A stretch of DNA of 64,000 nt from Bilabrum cf. latius (Eukaryota): positions 930,001 to 994,000 of the forward strand of contig OZ237736.1 of the NCBI GenBank assembly GCA_965178125.1, read 5' to 3'. Positions 36,243-48,797 of the stretch are shown here, piece by piece. A program made the position numbers and the translations under genes. The notes below the pieces were generated by a model. The model had not been told where the DNA came from. It did not search any database and saw only the letters and a list, made by a program, of their open reading frames with translations. Position 1 is the first letter of the stretch; every line of letters starts with the position of its first letter.

Positions 36243-36663
36243 TGCCAACGAATGTCCAGTTACACAGACTGATCACTAATGCAATAATCTAAAAGCATAG
36301 ATTTATTACATTATGTCAATCTGCTGGGAGTACAAGCTGAATTGATGCTCTGGGGCTGCATTCAAATGCTGGTGCACAGCTGTATCGCAGTGCTGGCTGC
36401 ACCGCAGCCACTGGAGGTGCCAAGATGTGTTGCACCCAATCATTGATTGTTTTGTCTGCATTTAAATGTCAACATGTGGTTCTTGTATCCTGCCGGCGCT
36501 TTCTTAGGCATCCACTACCCAAGTGGTAAATCGAGGAATCTGCTGTCCCGAAACCGATTGCAACCTATTTTCACACAGATTAGCCCAAGCATGAGCGATT
36601 CTCAGCCGTGGCAACTGGAAACCGAGAACCAAATGCAAAGATAAATGAAAAGTCCCGCCAGAC

Positions 36664-39319
36664 TCAGCTGAGCTGGCCTCCTCCGTCTCCATCTGCTGCG
36701 TCGCTCTGTACGGCTCTTAGTGAGGAACCGGCCGCCGTTCGAGCAGCGACCTCGGTGCCCCGTACGAGGGGGGACGGGGGTTGCGGCGACAAAAATGAGA
36801 GCTTTGTTCCTCCCGCCCTCGACCTGCCAGTCGGCGGGCTTCCTTTGGCCCAAGCTGGAGTTGCTTTGCTGTAGCCAACTGGAGTGCCCTCGCGCTTCGG
36901 GTCGGCCCCGACAGAGCTGGACCTCGCGCCTTTCCCCATGGAGGCCAAGGTATCTACGGCGCTCTTTGGGGCCCTTGGTATTTCCCCTGCCGCCATTCGG
37001 GCGGCTGCGTCGGGCCCGTGGGCGAGCACGTCCTTCATCTGAACCACTACATCTACGAGGGCCAAGTGGAAGTAATGTACCTGCCAGAGCAACATATGAT
37101 TGATGCGTCGCAAGAAGAGGCGGTTAGGGCTAAATTGGACTATTCACATGCCTCACTCTTTCGGCGGGACGCCTCAGCTGCAAAGGTGATCAGGTGGGAT
37201 TCGAGCGTTTCCGTAGGCCCTGTTGCTACTAAGCTTGGGTCATTCTTGTAGACCGCGCGACAGAACCTGCGACCTTACTCAGAATAGAAGAGGGAAAGTA
37301 CTGCATCCATGTACCGACAACAAGTCGGTCAGTGGAATTCGCGTGCAAAGTAGGTACGACTCACGTATCGATGAGAGCATAATCTGCTCCATCGTGACCT
37401 TGCAGCGCAGTTGTGCTAGACACGGAGGGGGCTGTTCGCACCTCCGTCTGCCCAGTCTCGAAGCTAAACACCTTGACCTTCGACACCCCATCACCCTGGA
37501 TCTCGCCCATGGTACCGAAGATGCGCGTGCGCCGCTGGCACACAGCCTTGGTAAAGGCAACTGCAGTCAGTGTGGCAGTGGGACCGGCGGATGGCGGTCC
37601 CGGCTTGCTCCCAGCAGCGCCAGCGCCAGCACCAGCACCTGCCGATGCGCCGCCACTAGCCTCGGACACGTACGGCTCGAACTGCATGTTCACAGTCTGG
37701 TGGTCGCACACGTCATTCGAGCAGGCCCATACGCACCTGCCATAAGGGCCCGTCCGGAGGGCATCCTCAACGGCCGCCACCGTCTGCTAGCCGCTCTCCA
37801 GGATGGGCTGCACCGGCCAGCCAAAATACCCGCTCTTGGCTCGCTCGAGGTAGATCTCCTTGGCACTGAACGGACACTTTCTCTCGATGGCCTCGGGGCA
37901 GTCGAGGCACCGGTCGGCAGCGCCCGCTGGCCGACGCCCGGGGTGGAAGTTGAGCAGAGACCCGAAAGACTGCACTGACACGCACCGGCGGCCTGCGGAA
38001 GGAGTTGGATGCAATTAAGATGCAATCGGCGAAGGGGGTAAGAAAACTATAAAAGAAGCAAAGCTAAGCCCGAAGTCAGCTGCAGCCAAGCGGCCGCCTC
38101 TCTCACCAACCATGTGTCGGATCAGATCGACGTCGTGGCAGCACTTGGCCAGCAGCATGAAGCTCGAGGACGCCTCGCTGCTCCACTGCCCCCGCACATA
38201 GCTGTGTGCAAAGTGCCAGTGCCCGATGGGCTCCAGGTGCTGCACGTTCACCACGTCACCGATGGTCCCGTCATCGATGAGACCCTTGATCATCGTCATG
38301 TAGGGCGTGTAGCGGAGCACGTGCCCGCACGCGAAGATCTTGCCGCTCTTCTGCACGGCCCTGCATATCCTAAGGCAGTCCCTGGGATTAGTCGCCATCG
38401 GTTTCTCAAGCAGCATGTGGTAGCCCTGCCTTGCGAATGCAAGCGCAGGCCCGATGTGCTCCGCATCCTGGGTCGCGATGATGACTGCCTCGGCCAAGCG
38501 GTCCTCGGGGAGAAAGTGCCCTCCGGCGCCTTCCTCTGAGTGAGCACCCGTGCTCGCTCTTGACGGTCCGTGCGGGCCTCCAGCGGACGTTCCTGAGTGC
38601 GGCGCGGCGCTAGAGGCGCCCAAGGAGCCTCCAAAGGGACCCGCGCGGCCAGAAGCTCCCGGCATGGTTGGGCTGCCGCGGCCATCCCCGCCACTTGCTG
38701 CAGCAGCGGAGGCTCGAACGCCATGGCCGCCGTCCGGAGAATCACCTGACATGGGAACGGACGCGGGAGAAGCCGCGGAGTCATCATCCAGCACACTTTT
38801 GACCACACTCTTTGCTAGTGGACTGGATGGCATCAACCCTCCCGGTGTTTCGCTGTCCATAACCGATGGCATACTTCGATGCTTTACATTGTGAGCGCGC
38901 TTATGCCGCCGCTCCTCTACGACAGCCACCGCTTCTCGCCAATCTTTGTAGACAGCTGATCCATGAACTGAATGGCGTCGAGCCTGCGAGAAATATTGGC
39001 TGTTCCAATGTCAATGGTGTGCGCCAAGCCAGCTTACAAGATATGCTTCGCTCCGTTCATCTCACCATCATCTCCCGGTGAAAGTCTCGGGGCTCTGCAA
39101 TTGCAACAACATTCATCCTGTCCGGGTGCTCTAGGGCATAGCGGGCGTATATTTTCCCTGCAGTTGACGTGGGAAAAGCGAAAGCTGGGATTTCGGGATA
39201 GCGCTCTGGGCAAACCGAAAAAGCCCCTTCACTAGGAAGATGCACTACTCACCACGCTATCCGCACCCAACAACTAAGACAGTCACTGGGCCACGCCGAG
39301 ACTCGCGCATGCTTTCCAT
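36664..39319 (-). CDS. Gfo/Idh/MocA family NAD(P)-dependent oxidoreductase
   Basis: Rossmann motif VLVVGCG*RG, plus LLEKPM, GHVLRY, HFAHSYVRG, LAKCCHDVD and CDHQTV. Introns 39252-39158, 39065-38984, 38106-37993, 37364-37267 and 37156-37053. 2 TAGs, TGA stop. Confidence 0.88.
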
Positions 39320-39433
39320 GAAGCTGGACTGTTCTGCTCTACGAACTGTTGCGACCAATTCGAATAACGATCGGATCAATGATTGGTTGCGACCGGTTCA
39401 AGTGCAACTGGAATCAAAACACATATCCGCAGA

Positions 39434-42424
39434 ATGGCAGGGCGAAGCATGCCAAAGGAATCATCCTTAGCTAAAGTTCACGATGCTAGACTCACTCTAG
39501 GCAGACGGCAGGACGAGTGGGCCGCAGTACGGCAACGCGAAGTTGCACGAGCAGAAGCCGAATAGGCGCGCAGATCTGGGAGCAGACTTGCAGCGAAGAA
39601 TACCCAATCTCGCAAAGCCGACAAAGAAGGGGGTGTATCGGAAGAGGTAGAGAACAAGAGGGCGAGTCCTCGCAAGTCTGGCAGCCCTTCGCGCCGACGA
39701 AGCAAGTCCCGTTCCCAGGTGAACGGACATCGAAGTCAGCACCACAAAGTGGCAGAGTCAGGCGGCCAGCGGGGCGGATCTACCCACAAGATGTCTCACC
39801 TACTATTGAATAATTCCAGGTTGAGCGGTGAAAATGCTGACCTCGCTGCAGAGCTGCATCGGGCCAAGGCGGAGATCCGAGCCCTTCGGTAGGAAGCGGC
39901 GCTCTTCAGCAAGGAGAAAGACTCGCTGGCAGTGCTGTAGCAGCGTTTCGCAACAGTTTTAAGCGAAACTGCGGAAATGTTTTCTGCCGTCGTACATCTC
40001 GGTGGCATCGCACCTGTAGATGAACCGACTGAAGGAGCACAGACAGCTGCGGCAGGAACGGACAGGCGTGGCAGGGACCGGCAGACAACCGCGATCAAGG
40101 CACAGGCACACGACCTTGCAGTCGCCCAGACCGGAGTTCGCGCTCTAGCCCCCTTCCTGCAGGGAGCTGCTGCTGCTGCAGGCACTGTGGGCAGGGACCC
40201 GACTGGCATCGCCTCCACGGCTGCCTTCACCATGCAGGTAGAGCCCATGCGGGCGTCTGCTGGGGCGGCGGGCGGGCGAGTGACTGCTTCTCTCTCTCGC
40301 TTTGGAGGGGCTCCAGTGGGCGCAAGCGGGTTCTCGCAGACGGTGAGCTCTGGGGCGCTGACTGCCTCTCGGGGGACTAGAGGGAATAGAGGGCCAGCGG
40401 CGGCATCGGGTGTGGGTGCATGGGTCGACGAGTGCCTGGAGCAGCAGCGCACCGCCGCATTCGAGGCGAGTCAGGGCAACAAGGAGATGAATCAGCGAGA
40501 AAAGGTGGCCAAAGAGGCAGCAGACAAGATCGCCGCGGAAAAGGCCAAGGGCAAAGCCGCGCTGGATAGACTCGTTGCGGGCAAGCCCGTGAAGTCCGAT
40601 GTGGCAACGGACGGAAGCGGTGCAAGCACCGGGCGAGCGGGTAGGGGCAGGATTTCCCATGCGGCGAGGAAACAGGCAGCTAAAGTAAGCTCGGGCGTCC
40701 TAGTGGCTCGCATCTTTGACGCATTTGACCTGGATCGGGACCAGGTGCTGGACGCCGTCGAGTTCACCCGGCTGCAGGCTGCCCTGGGCAATACGGCCCG
40801 CCCGTACACGCAGCACTCCCTTCGGCAGCTGTGCATGAAGCTTGAGGTGAAGTGGGCCTCGCCTAACGACAACCCCAGCGAGGTTGGCATGAGCGTCTTT
40901 GACGGCAAGGGAAACCTCAGGCCAGCAGAGGCGCAGGAAGTGGAGCTGGGGCTACGGCCGGGTGGGGCCATGGCGGGGCTGGCCGGAGGAGCTGAGGAAT
41001 CGTACGTGAGAGGAGGCTTGATCGGCCCACCGGGTGGGATCTCCCTGGCTGGGCTGGGCAGGCTGTACTCGATCGTCGGGCGGCCAGCGCTGGAGCGCGA
41101 CGCTGCCAAGCTGGGACTCGTCGGTGGGGACGGGCACGGCGGGGCCGGTCTGCTCGAGACCCTGGGCGCAGGGCTCGTAGGAATCCGACAGCTTCTTGCC
41201 ATTGCTAAGGGCTGGGCTGCTCGCGCCTCGCGGGACTCGGGGAGCAAGATCGAGGGGAGACGGACGCTGCGGCGCATGTCACGACGTCTGCAGCAAGCTC
41301 AGGACGAGCAGTCGGCCGCATCCGGCGAGATCGAATACTTGCGGCGCCGTGTGGTCTAGCTGGAAGCGGAAGCTTCTCGGTGGCGGGAAGTGGCCGGCCG
41401 TCGGGCAGCCGAGTCCCACGCGATCGGGCTTCAGATGCAGGCAGTCGCAGCCGGGATGCCCCTCCATGAGGCACGCAAGGCTGCTCAAGCAAGACTGGCG
41501 TTCCTGCCCCCGCCTGCTCCGGTGCTTGACGACCATCTTCGGCGACAGAGACAGGGTCTCACGAACACCAAGCCTGGCGTCGTGACTGCTTCGTCTCCCG
41601 CATCGCCAGGGGCTTACAGCCCTCTCCGCAGGGCACAAGGGACGAGCGTAGCGGTGCTGGAGGGCCGTGATCTGGTCGCGAATCATCTGCGAGAGGTGCG
41701 CAGGGTGGGCAAACCGAAGAAGGCAGGTATCGCACAGGGCGCAAACCGCCGGCGAGAGGGGTCAGTGCATCAGCCGTCGTCACCGAGGCGCATGGATCCA
41801 ACGGACGACAGGGTATCCGACGTGGAGGCAGAGCAAGACGAGCATAGGGGTGATAGTAGCGAAGTAGCCGACGCCGAGCCCGATGCAGCCGAAGACCGGC
41901 CACTGCCAGCATTCTATGAGACCCTGTACTCTTCGTCTGGCCCATCTTCCGGTGATGAGGCGACGCAAATGTCATCACGACTCGCGCAGGCTGCCTCCAT
42001 GGCTGCGTCGTCTGGCGTCGACACGAGCAACGATTCAGGCCTAATGGGTGGAATGGGAGGTGCGGGCGACGAATCATCGTGGATGATGGCATCGGGTCGG
42101 CCGTACGGCCTCCAGTTCCAGGAGAGAGCGAGGTCGCATCACGGTCCGCCGGGCAGCCCCATGCGACCGGCAAGGCACGAGTAGGCGACGGGCGGGTATG
42201 ATGGCATCGCTGCAGACAGAGAGGAAGACGACACGAGGGGTCTACAGCTAGGGCAGCTGTCAGACACAGATTCTGATGCTGGGGACGGGTACGCTGCGGA
42301 CGCGAGCGGTGCAGGGACGACGCTGAGGAAGCCAATCCAAGCAGGTTAGGTGTTCTCATCTAGCCCCGAGTTCTCGCCTAGGCGAATGACCTCGTCCAGA
42401 ATGCCGGTGGAGGCCTTCATGTAA
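39434..42424 (+). CDS. Coiled-coil protein with an EF-hand motif (~996 aa)
   Basis: One frame with 6 TAGs ending in TAA at 42422. EF-hand-like FDAFDLDRDQVLDAVEF. Confidence 0.7.
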
Positions 42425-42537
42425 CTTCCTGTAATTGTAGGGGGGGGGACTGAGGTCGGCAACTGCTTGCGGCATCCAATTGATCTGACTGCTCTCTAAA
42501 TTTGAATATCTGCGAAATGGGTTTGCGTGCGATGCAA

Positions 42538-45500
42538 TCAGCGCCTGCGCGGGCCCTTGCGCCTCTTCTCTGCCCGCTTCAGACCGCGCATGTCGCTCTT
42601 CATGCGCTTGTCCACTACCTTAACCTTGGCGCCGCGAGCCACACCAGCCCGGTCGTTGCTCGTCCCGCCCCTGCTGGCCACTACATACACCGCCTGTGGC
42701 CGCTTGATCTTGCCACCGGCCTTGGCGTACAGGCGCTGGACCGCCTTCATCTTGGCGGTGTCAGTGAGTTCCTCCGACTGCATGATGCCGTCGGCAGCCT
42801 TCCGTGCCTTGGAATAGGCCTGCACCTGCTTGTGGCGCTTCCTGGCGCGAGCCTCGGCCACCTTGTGGATGGGTCGCGCCGATATCTCCCTGAACTTGCG
42901 CTTGATCTCGTCTACGTCCTCTCGTGTGATGGGCAGCTGAGGCCTGAAGTGCTTGCGCTCATCGTCCACAAACCACGCAGGCAGATCATTCGGGTCCTCG
43001 TGGGTCGAATACCGGTTGTACGAGGCGTCCACCAGGTCCTTGGCAGCCGTGTGCTTCCTCATCTTCTTAGCGAGCGCCAAAATGGTTGCATGCGTGTCGC
43101 TGTCGTAGTCCTCGTCGAACCTAGGGTCGCTCTCCTTCGCCCCGTCGTTGGCCCCGACCTCCTCCTCGCTCTCGTCCTCATCCGAGTCGCTATCATCAGA
43201 CTCGTCGCTGCCGTCCTCGCTGCTACTGCCCGAGTCATCATGAGTCCACTTCTTGCCACTGCTAGCAGCCTCGCCACTGCTGGAGCTCCCGAACCCCTTC
43301 TTGATGAGCTTCTTCCTCGCGTCGTCCTTCTCGTTCTCGCTTGGTACCACATCCGAGATGGGCTCCTCCGAGGTAGCAGCGGCGGATGATGAAGCCCTCC
43401 TAGCCGACTCTGCGGCAGGAGCATCGTAGAAGTCGTCGCCAAGCTCCGTATCCACTCCATCCGCTACTGGTACCGGCCCGCTCTTCTCCTGCGGCCTGCC
43501 GTTTGACATCGATGCTGCAGCTACCTCAATCTCTCTGTCAAGCTTCTTCTTCTGTTTCTCCACCTTTCTCTCGGATCGCTCCCTGTTCCGCCGCAGCCTC
43601 TGCTTCCTCTTCTCTCGGTCGCTCAGAGGCAGGCCAGCCAAAGGATCCTCGGCATCTGAATCGCTCGAATCCTCTCGCTCGAGCCTCCGCTTCTTCTTTG
43701 CTTTGCTGGACGCCTCAAAGTCCACCACCTTGCCGTCGCGGGACGTCGGCTGCGGTTGCGAAATGGAGGAGCGACCGCGCTTCCTGCCAGCCGTGGCTGC
43801 CTTCCTGCCGCGCTTCGGCGCACCCTCTGACTCATCGCTGGCATGACCCGCACCTTCTTCGTCCTCATCCACGTCATCGTCAAGCATGGCACCGGTGCTG
43901 ATCGACGCCAGCAGCGGCCGGCTGGCGAACCACCGGTTTGCCTGCCCCTCGGTCGCCTTGCCGATGTCGTCCTCCTCATCATCATCATCGTCCCCACCAA
44001 GGCGGAGCGGCCCGGTCGAGCCTAGAGCGTCCATGCGCTTCTACCTAGATCCTCCGGATGCAGGCTTGGCCTCATACTCATCGTCCTCCTCGTCGTCACT
44101 GGAGTCCTCGCTGTCGCTGCCGCCAGTGTGCACGGGTCCAGAGGTGCCCTCGAAGCCCTCCTCGCCCTTGACATCGTGCTTCGACGTCTTCGGCTTGCCC
44201 GCCCGCTGCAGTAGCTCCAAGTAGCGCTGATGCTCGGCATCCAAAGCGACTAGCTTCTTCGCCTCGGCTACCCTCGCCTGCATCTGCAGCCTCTCCTTCC
44301 TCTTGAGGCGCGCACCCGTCGTGGGATCAACGCCCGCGAGGATGGCGGCCTCCCTCGCCTCCTTGCCCTTGTTTGCCCTCACCAGCTTCTCTGAATATGT
44401 CTGGTCCAGATCCCGGGCAAGCTTACGAGTGTACGCGTCCTCGCCGCCCTCCTCATCGTCCTCGTCGTCCTCAGACGAATCGCCCGCGATCCTGCCAGAC
44501 AGGCCCACGTTCTGGGCCGACAGCTTGAGCGCGAGCTTGCCGCCAGGAATGGCCTTGCCCCCGAGCCCGGCGTAGGCCTCGTACTCATCCTCGCTGTCCA
44601 TTCCCTCTGCCCGCATGGCCCCGCTGGCCTGTCGCAGCGCAGCTTCTGCCTTCTTCATGTGCTCGGGCAGCTTGCCGTCTGCACCCGCGCCCCTGCCCGC
44701 CAAGATGTCATCGTCATCGTCCTCATCGTTATTGCCTTGTCCCTCGGCATCGTTCGATCCTTTCTTGCTGGCATTCTTCCTGGCATCCTCCTTGGCCTTC
44801 CTCTCCTCCTGCACCATCTCCCTCAGCTTGATCACAGACAGAACGCCCTCGTCCTCCTGCCAGTCGATGCTCGTGGAATCTACCTTGGCGTTCAGCGCGC
44901 GGCGTCGCATCGCCCGAAGGCGCGTCTTCTCTAGCTGTCTCTTCTTCTTCTTCATCTCTGCCTTCGCCTCCTTGGCCAGCCCGAGGGCCAGCTCGTCACC
45001 CTCGTCCTCATCCGAATCGCCGTCCTCCTCCTCCCCACTGCCCCCCAACTTGTCCTCGCCGTCGATGGCACTCGAACCATCGCTATCTTCGTCGCTGTCT
45101 TCCTCGCTCCCGCTGGCTTCGTCATCTCCGCGGAATCGCCCCATGGCGGCGTCCCACCCAGACTGCTTCCTGGCTGCCTCCCGCCAGCGGAGCAGAGTCC
45201 GGAACTCGCGAGGGCCAAGCACCCTAAGATCTCTGCAGCACGCGCGCACCTCCTCCGTCGTGCACGGCAGGGAAGCCACCTGCTTCCCGAGGCCCTGCTC
45301 CTTCTTCATCTTTGACTCTAGCGCGGCCTTGTTCTGCTCGGCGCGGTCCTTCTCTGCTGCGCTGGCACCTGCGCGCGCTCGGGTGGCTGCAAGCTCTGAC
45401 CCATACCTGGGAGCAGCGCCGAAGGTGAGCTCGGTGGCCCCTGCCAGCAGCTCAACCGGGTCCACGTTTCGCTCGAATAGGAAGTCCGACACAGCCACGG

Positions 45501-46483
45501 GCCTCCTCACCAGAGCCGCGTCGTTGTCCGTGTACCCCTTCCTCCTGCTGGACCTCTTCTCCGAATGCTCCCTGAGGGCTGCGACCTTCGCGGCCGTGAC
45601 AGACAGTGGGAGTTCGTGCTTCTTTCGTTTGCTGCCGCCAGCGCCAGCGCCCCCTTCTGCAGCTGTCCCATCGGAGGCCGGGGCGTCGTCGATGCCGCCC
45701 GGTCTGGCGGTGGGGTCGTCCGTGGCCTCCTCGACCATCTTGAACACGTGCTTCGGGTCCAACAGCCTGGGGTCGATCTTGTCGGGCTTGATGTATCCCC
45801 GGCACACCACGAAAATCTCCGCAGACACGTTTCTCGACGAGTGGGGCTTCGTTGCGTCCACCCTGCGGAACAGCTTGTTGAGGACCCACAGGATGGCGTG
45901 GTAGTCGCTCGAGCGGAACACCTTCGTGACGAATGCCCCACCTCGGCGCAGAATGTCCACTGCGAGTCCAAGCGAATAAATTACCAGCTCAGACTGCGAA
46001 TAAGCGTCCTTTGCCCAATCGGCTCCGACGTTTGGGGCTCCGTCGTGCAGAACGACGTCTGCCATAGCTCCACCTAGATCCTTCTTGAGGAGCTAGCGAG
46101 CTCTAGGCGTGGTAATGTCCTCTTGATGCGCAATCACATTTCGAATCGGCTTGATTGGCATCAAATCCATCCCGACAATGGTGCTGCCTTGCGGCATGTG
46201 CCGAGCTGCAACCTGCAGCCATCCTCCCGGAGCCGCGCAAAGATCAACGAGACACCGTGCACTTTCGAGCAACTAGAAGCGCTTGTTGATTTGGATTAGC
46301 TTGAAAGCAGATCGGGCGCGGTATCCCTGCGGTGGTCAACAGCTGAGGTGCAACTGCAAGCGCGGGTCTTCTTGGCTCAATTACGATGGATAATGAGCGT
46401 TATGGCAGTGTTCTTACCGTTTCTCGAGCTAACTAGTAATACTTATCCTTTCTCCTAAGCTTTCCACTCGTTTTCTTGGGCAT
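42538..46483 (-). CDS. SPB1: SPB1/FTSJ3 pre-rRNA 2'-O-methyltransferase
   Basis: Motifs [54 protein letters not shown] and the Spb1_C tail [10 protein letters not shown]. Intron 46417-46327, 4 TAGs, TGA stop. Confidence 0.95.
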
Positions 46484-46681
46484 GGTGCTGCTTGTTGAGG
46501 CGTTTTCTGGTGTTCTCTTTCTGAACTGCTCCGATTAACTTTGAATGCCTCACGGCTTGGCCTCGGCTGTTCCAAGTTGCGCGCTCTCATCCTTGGCGAA
46601 AGAGCGCCATGAGCGGACAAAAAATCGAGTAAATATGAAATAATTCTAAGATTAAACAGTATAGGAATGAATTTGGCTGAA

Positions 46682-48712
46682 ATGGATGGTCCAAATAATG
46701 CGCAACGACGTACGCAAGACGGGAGTACCGTTCATCCGCGGTAGCAACCGCTTCGGCCGATTCCGCTCGAAGAAATCCCTCCTCATGATCTGACCGAGTA
46801 CTTAGATTTATTCAAAAGCATTGATCGTGATGCCTCGGGGGGGATTGAAACTGTGGAGCTGGTATATGCGTTCAACTCGATGGGTGTGGAAGCGAGCTAG
46901 GCAGATATGCATCGGTTGGTGCAAGGCATGGATGAGTCGGGAGACGGTGAGGTCGACTTTCGAGAATTCGCTGGATGCTTGCATGCAGTGGTACTGGAGA
47001 GGCAAAAAACGCAGGACCCGGAGGCGTACGTGCCCCTGCTTGGCGACATCCGCCTGGCACAAATCGACTCGACCGGCGCACCAAGAGCTGGTGCAATGAG
47101 CATGTGCTCAAGACTCAACTTGAACTACGAAACAGCAAGAGCGGCTACGTGGGAGCTGCTAGACGAGGCAGACAGTTCGCTTGCCGCGCGAGCCGTGAGC
47201 ATATGGATCATGCTGCTGATTGCAGTGTCCACTATCGCGTTCGTGGTGGAATCCTACGCTCGATTCTCCGTCCTGCGAGAGGGGGAGTCCTACCCGACAT
47301 TTGCGATTGTTGAAGCATTCTGCGTGATCAACTTCACCGTTGAATTCGTGCTGCGACTGTGGGCTTCCGACGCTCGCCTCCAGTTCATGAAGCAGCCGCT
47401 GAACGTGATTGACTTCATGGCCATCGTCCCTTTCTACGTTGAAATGGCCATGCAGACGTCAGGGGGAGGACAAAGCGCCATCCTTCGATCGGTTCGCCTG
47501 GTTCGTCTCTTCCGCTTGTTCAAGGTGTCGAGGTACCTCGCTTGGCTCAAGATCTTCTACGACACGATCATCACTAGCGCAGCTCCACTCGGGCTCATGG
47601 TCTTCATCCTGCTCATCGGGAATGTGCTGGTCGCATCTGTGCTGTTCTACGTAGAGGGACCTTCGGGGGTTAAGGGTGGGAATCGCGACTTTGTGTCGAT
47701 CCCGGCGTGCATGTGGTACATCCTGCAGACGGCAACGACGGTCGGATTCGGGCGGACGACCCCGACATCGACACTGGGGAAGCTCATCGGAGCGAGCACG
47801 GCCGTACTGGGGGTGATCCTCATGGCAATTCCCATCTCGGTGATCTCCACGAACTTTACGGAGCAGTACGCACGCCTGGAACGGAGAACGCGCCTGCTGC
47901 GACAGAGCGGGCTGATGGAGCAGGAGCAAGAGCAAGAGCAGGAGTCGAGGGATGGCGATACGGTAAGCTCATACGCGGCAAGCTCATATGCGGCGAGCTC
48001 ATATGCCGAAGAATTGCACCAAGACACAGACCATGGGGCTGGAGGCCGGCAACCTGCCGGTCAGCGCCAGAGCGGGTCATTACCCCAGAGACAGGGGCCG
48101 GACACTCCGACGACCGCAGTGCTGCGATTCGGGGGCAGTTCTACGAGAGCGATAACAGCCCAAAAGTGGCACAAAAAGTTCCTCAAGCAAGGGGTTGAAG
48201 CAGTGATTCGTTCGTTCCGCGGCCTGCAGCAGACCATCAAGCACCGCGAGCTGACAAGCAGAGAGACGCTCTCGGACGAGCTTGACGAGTTCGCTCGTGA
48301 TATATACGAATCCGACCGCACCATGAGGGAGCTCACGAACACCCAGACCTGGTTCGACACGGAGGTGCTGGGGAACATGAGGCGCACCAGCTCAAGGGTA
48401 GGAGAGAGGCAGTCGGCGGTGTCACCCGGGTCTGGACGCGACAGCGTAGAAGTAGCGGCCGTGCCAGTAGTACAGTCCTCTCCAGTAGTATTGGCAGGAA
48501 CTAGGGACGCGAGTGATCGGATGAATCCGCAGTGGGGCTCGAATCTGGTTGGACCTTTGACGAATGACGACGGGGCGCCTGCGGTCGCACTGGGGAAAGG
48601 GATACATGAGTCTACAGACGCTGGGCAGGTGAAGAGACCGGTAGGTATTCGACCATTCGCTGATGGGGCACCTACTGATACTGGAACAGCCCATCCGGCA
48701 ACACGCGTGTGA
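46682..48712 (+). CDS. Voltage-gated K+ channel (6TM) with N-terminal EF-hand pair
   Basis: EF loops DRDASGGIETVE and DESGDGEVDFRE. S4 RSVRLVRLFRLFK, pore TTVGFG, S6 AIPIS. 2 TAGs (46742, 46898), TGA stop. Confidence 0.9.
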
Positions 48713-48797
48713 TGGATCTTGGAGTTAGGTATTGGTTCTCTCTCTCTCTCTTGCTTGCGGACGTTCAGCAAATTACCAAAAAGTGGCACCAATAAGC

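Noticed and set aside
29811-36300. Autonomous transposon or endogenous virophage/virus in the rearranged region
   Set aside because: No transposase, reverse transcriptase, integrase, tyrosine recombinase or capsid motifs, and no terminal inverted repeats, were recognised.
44615-45904. Long antisense or alternate-frame ORFs (e.g. 44615-45904 +, 42502-43389 +, 25333-26253 +, 5064-5966 +, 20811-21710 -)
   Set aside because: These are shadows of real genes in GC-rich coding DNA and carry no recognisable motifs.
47918-48007. EQEQEQEQE and (SSYAA)x3 repeats in the Kv C-terminus
   Set aside because: Ordinary coding microsatellite or slippage in a disordered tail.
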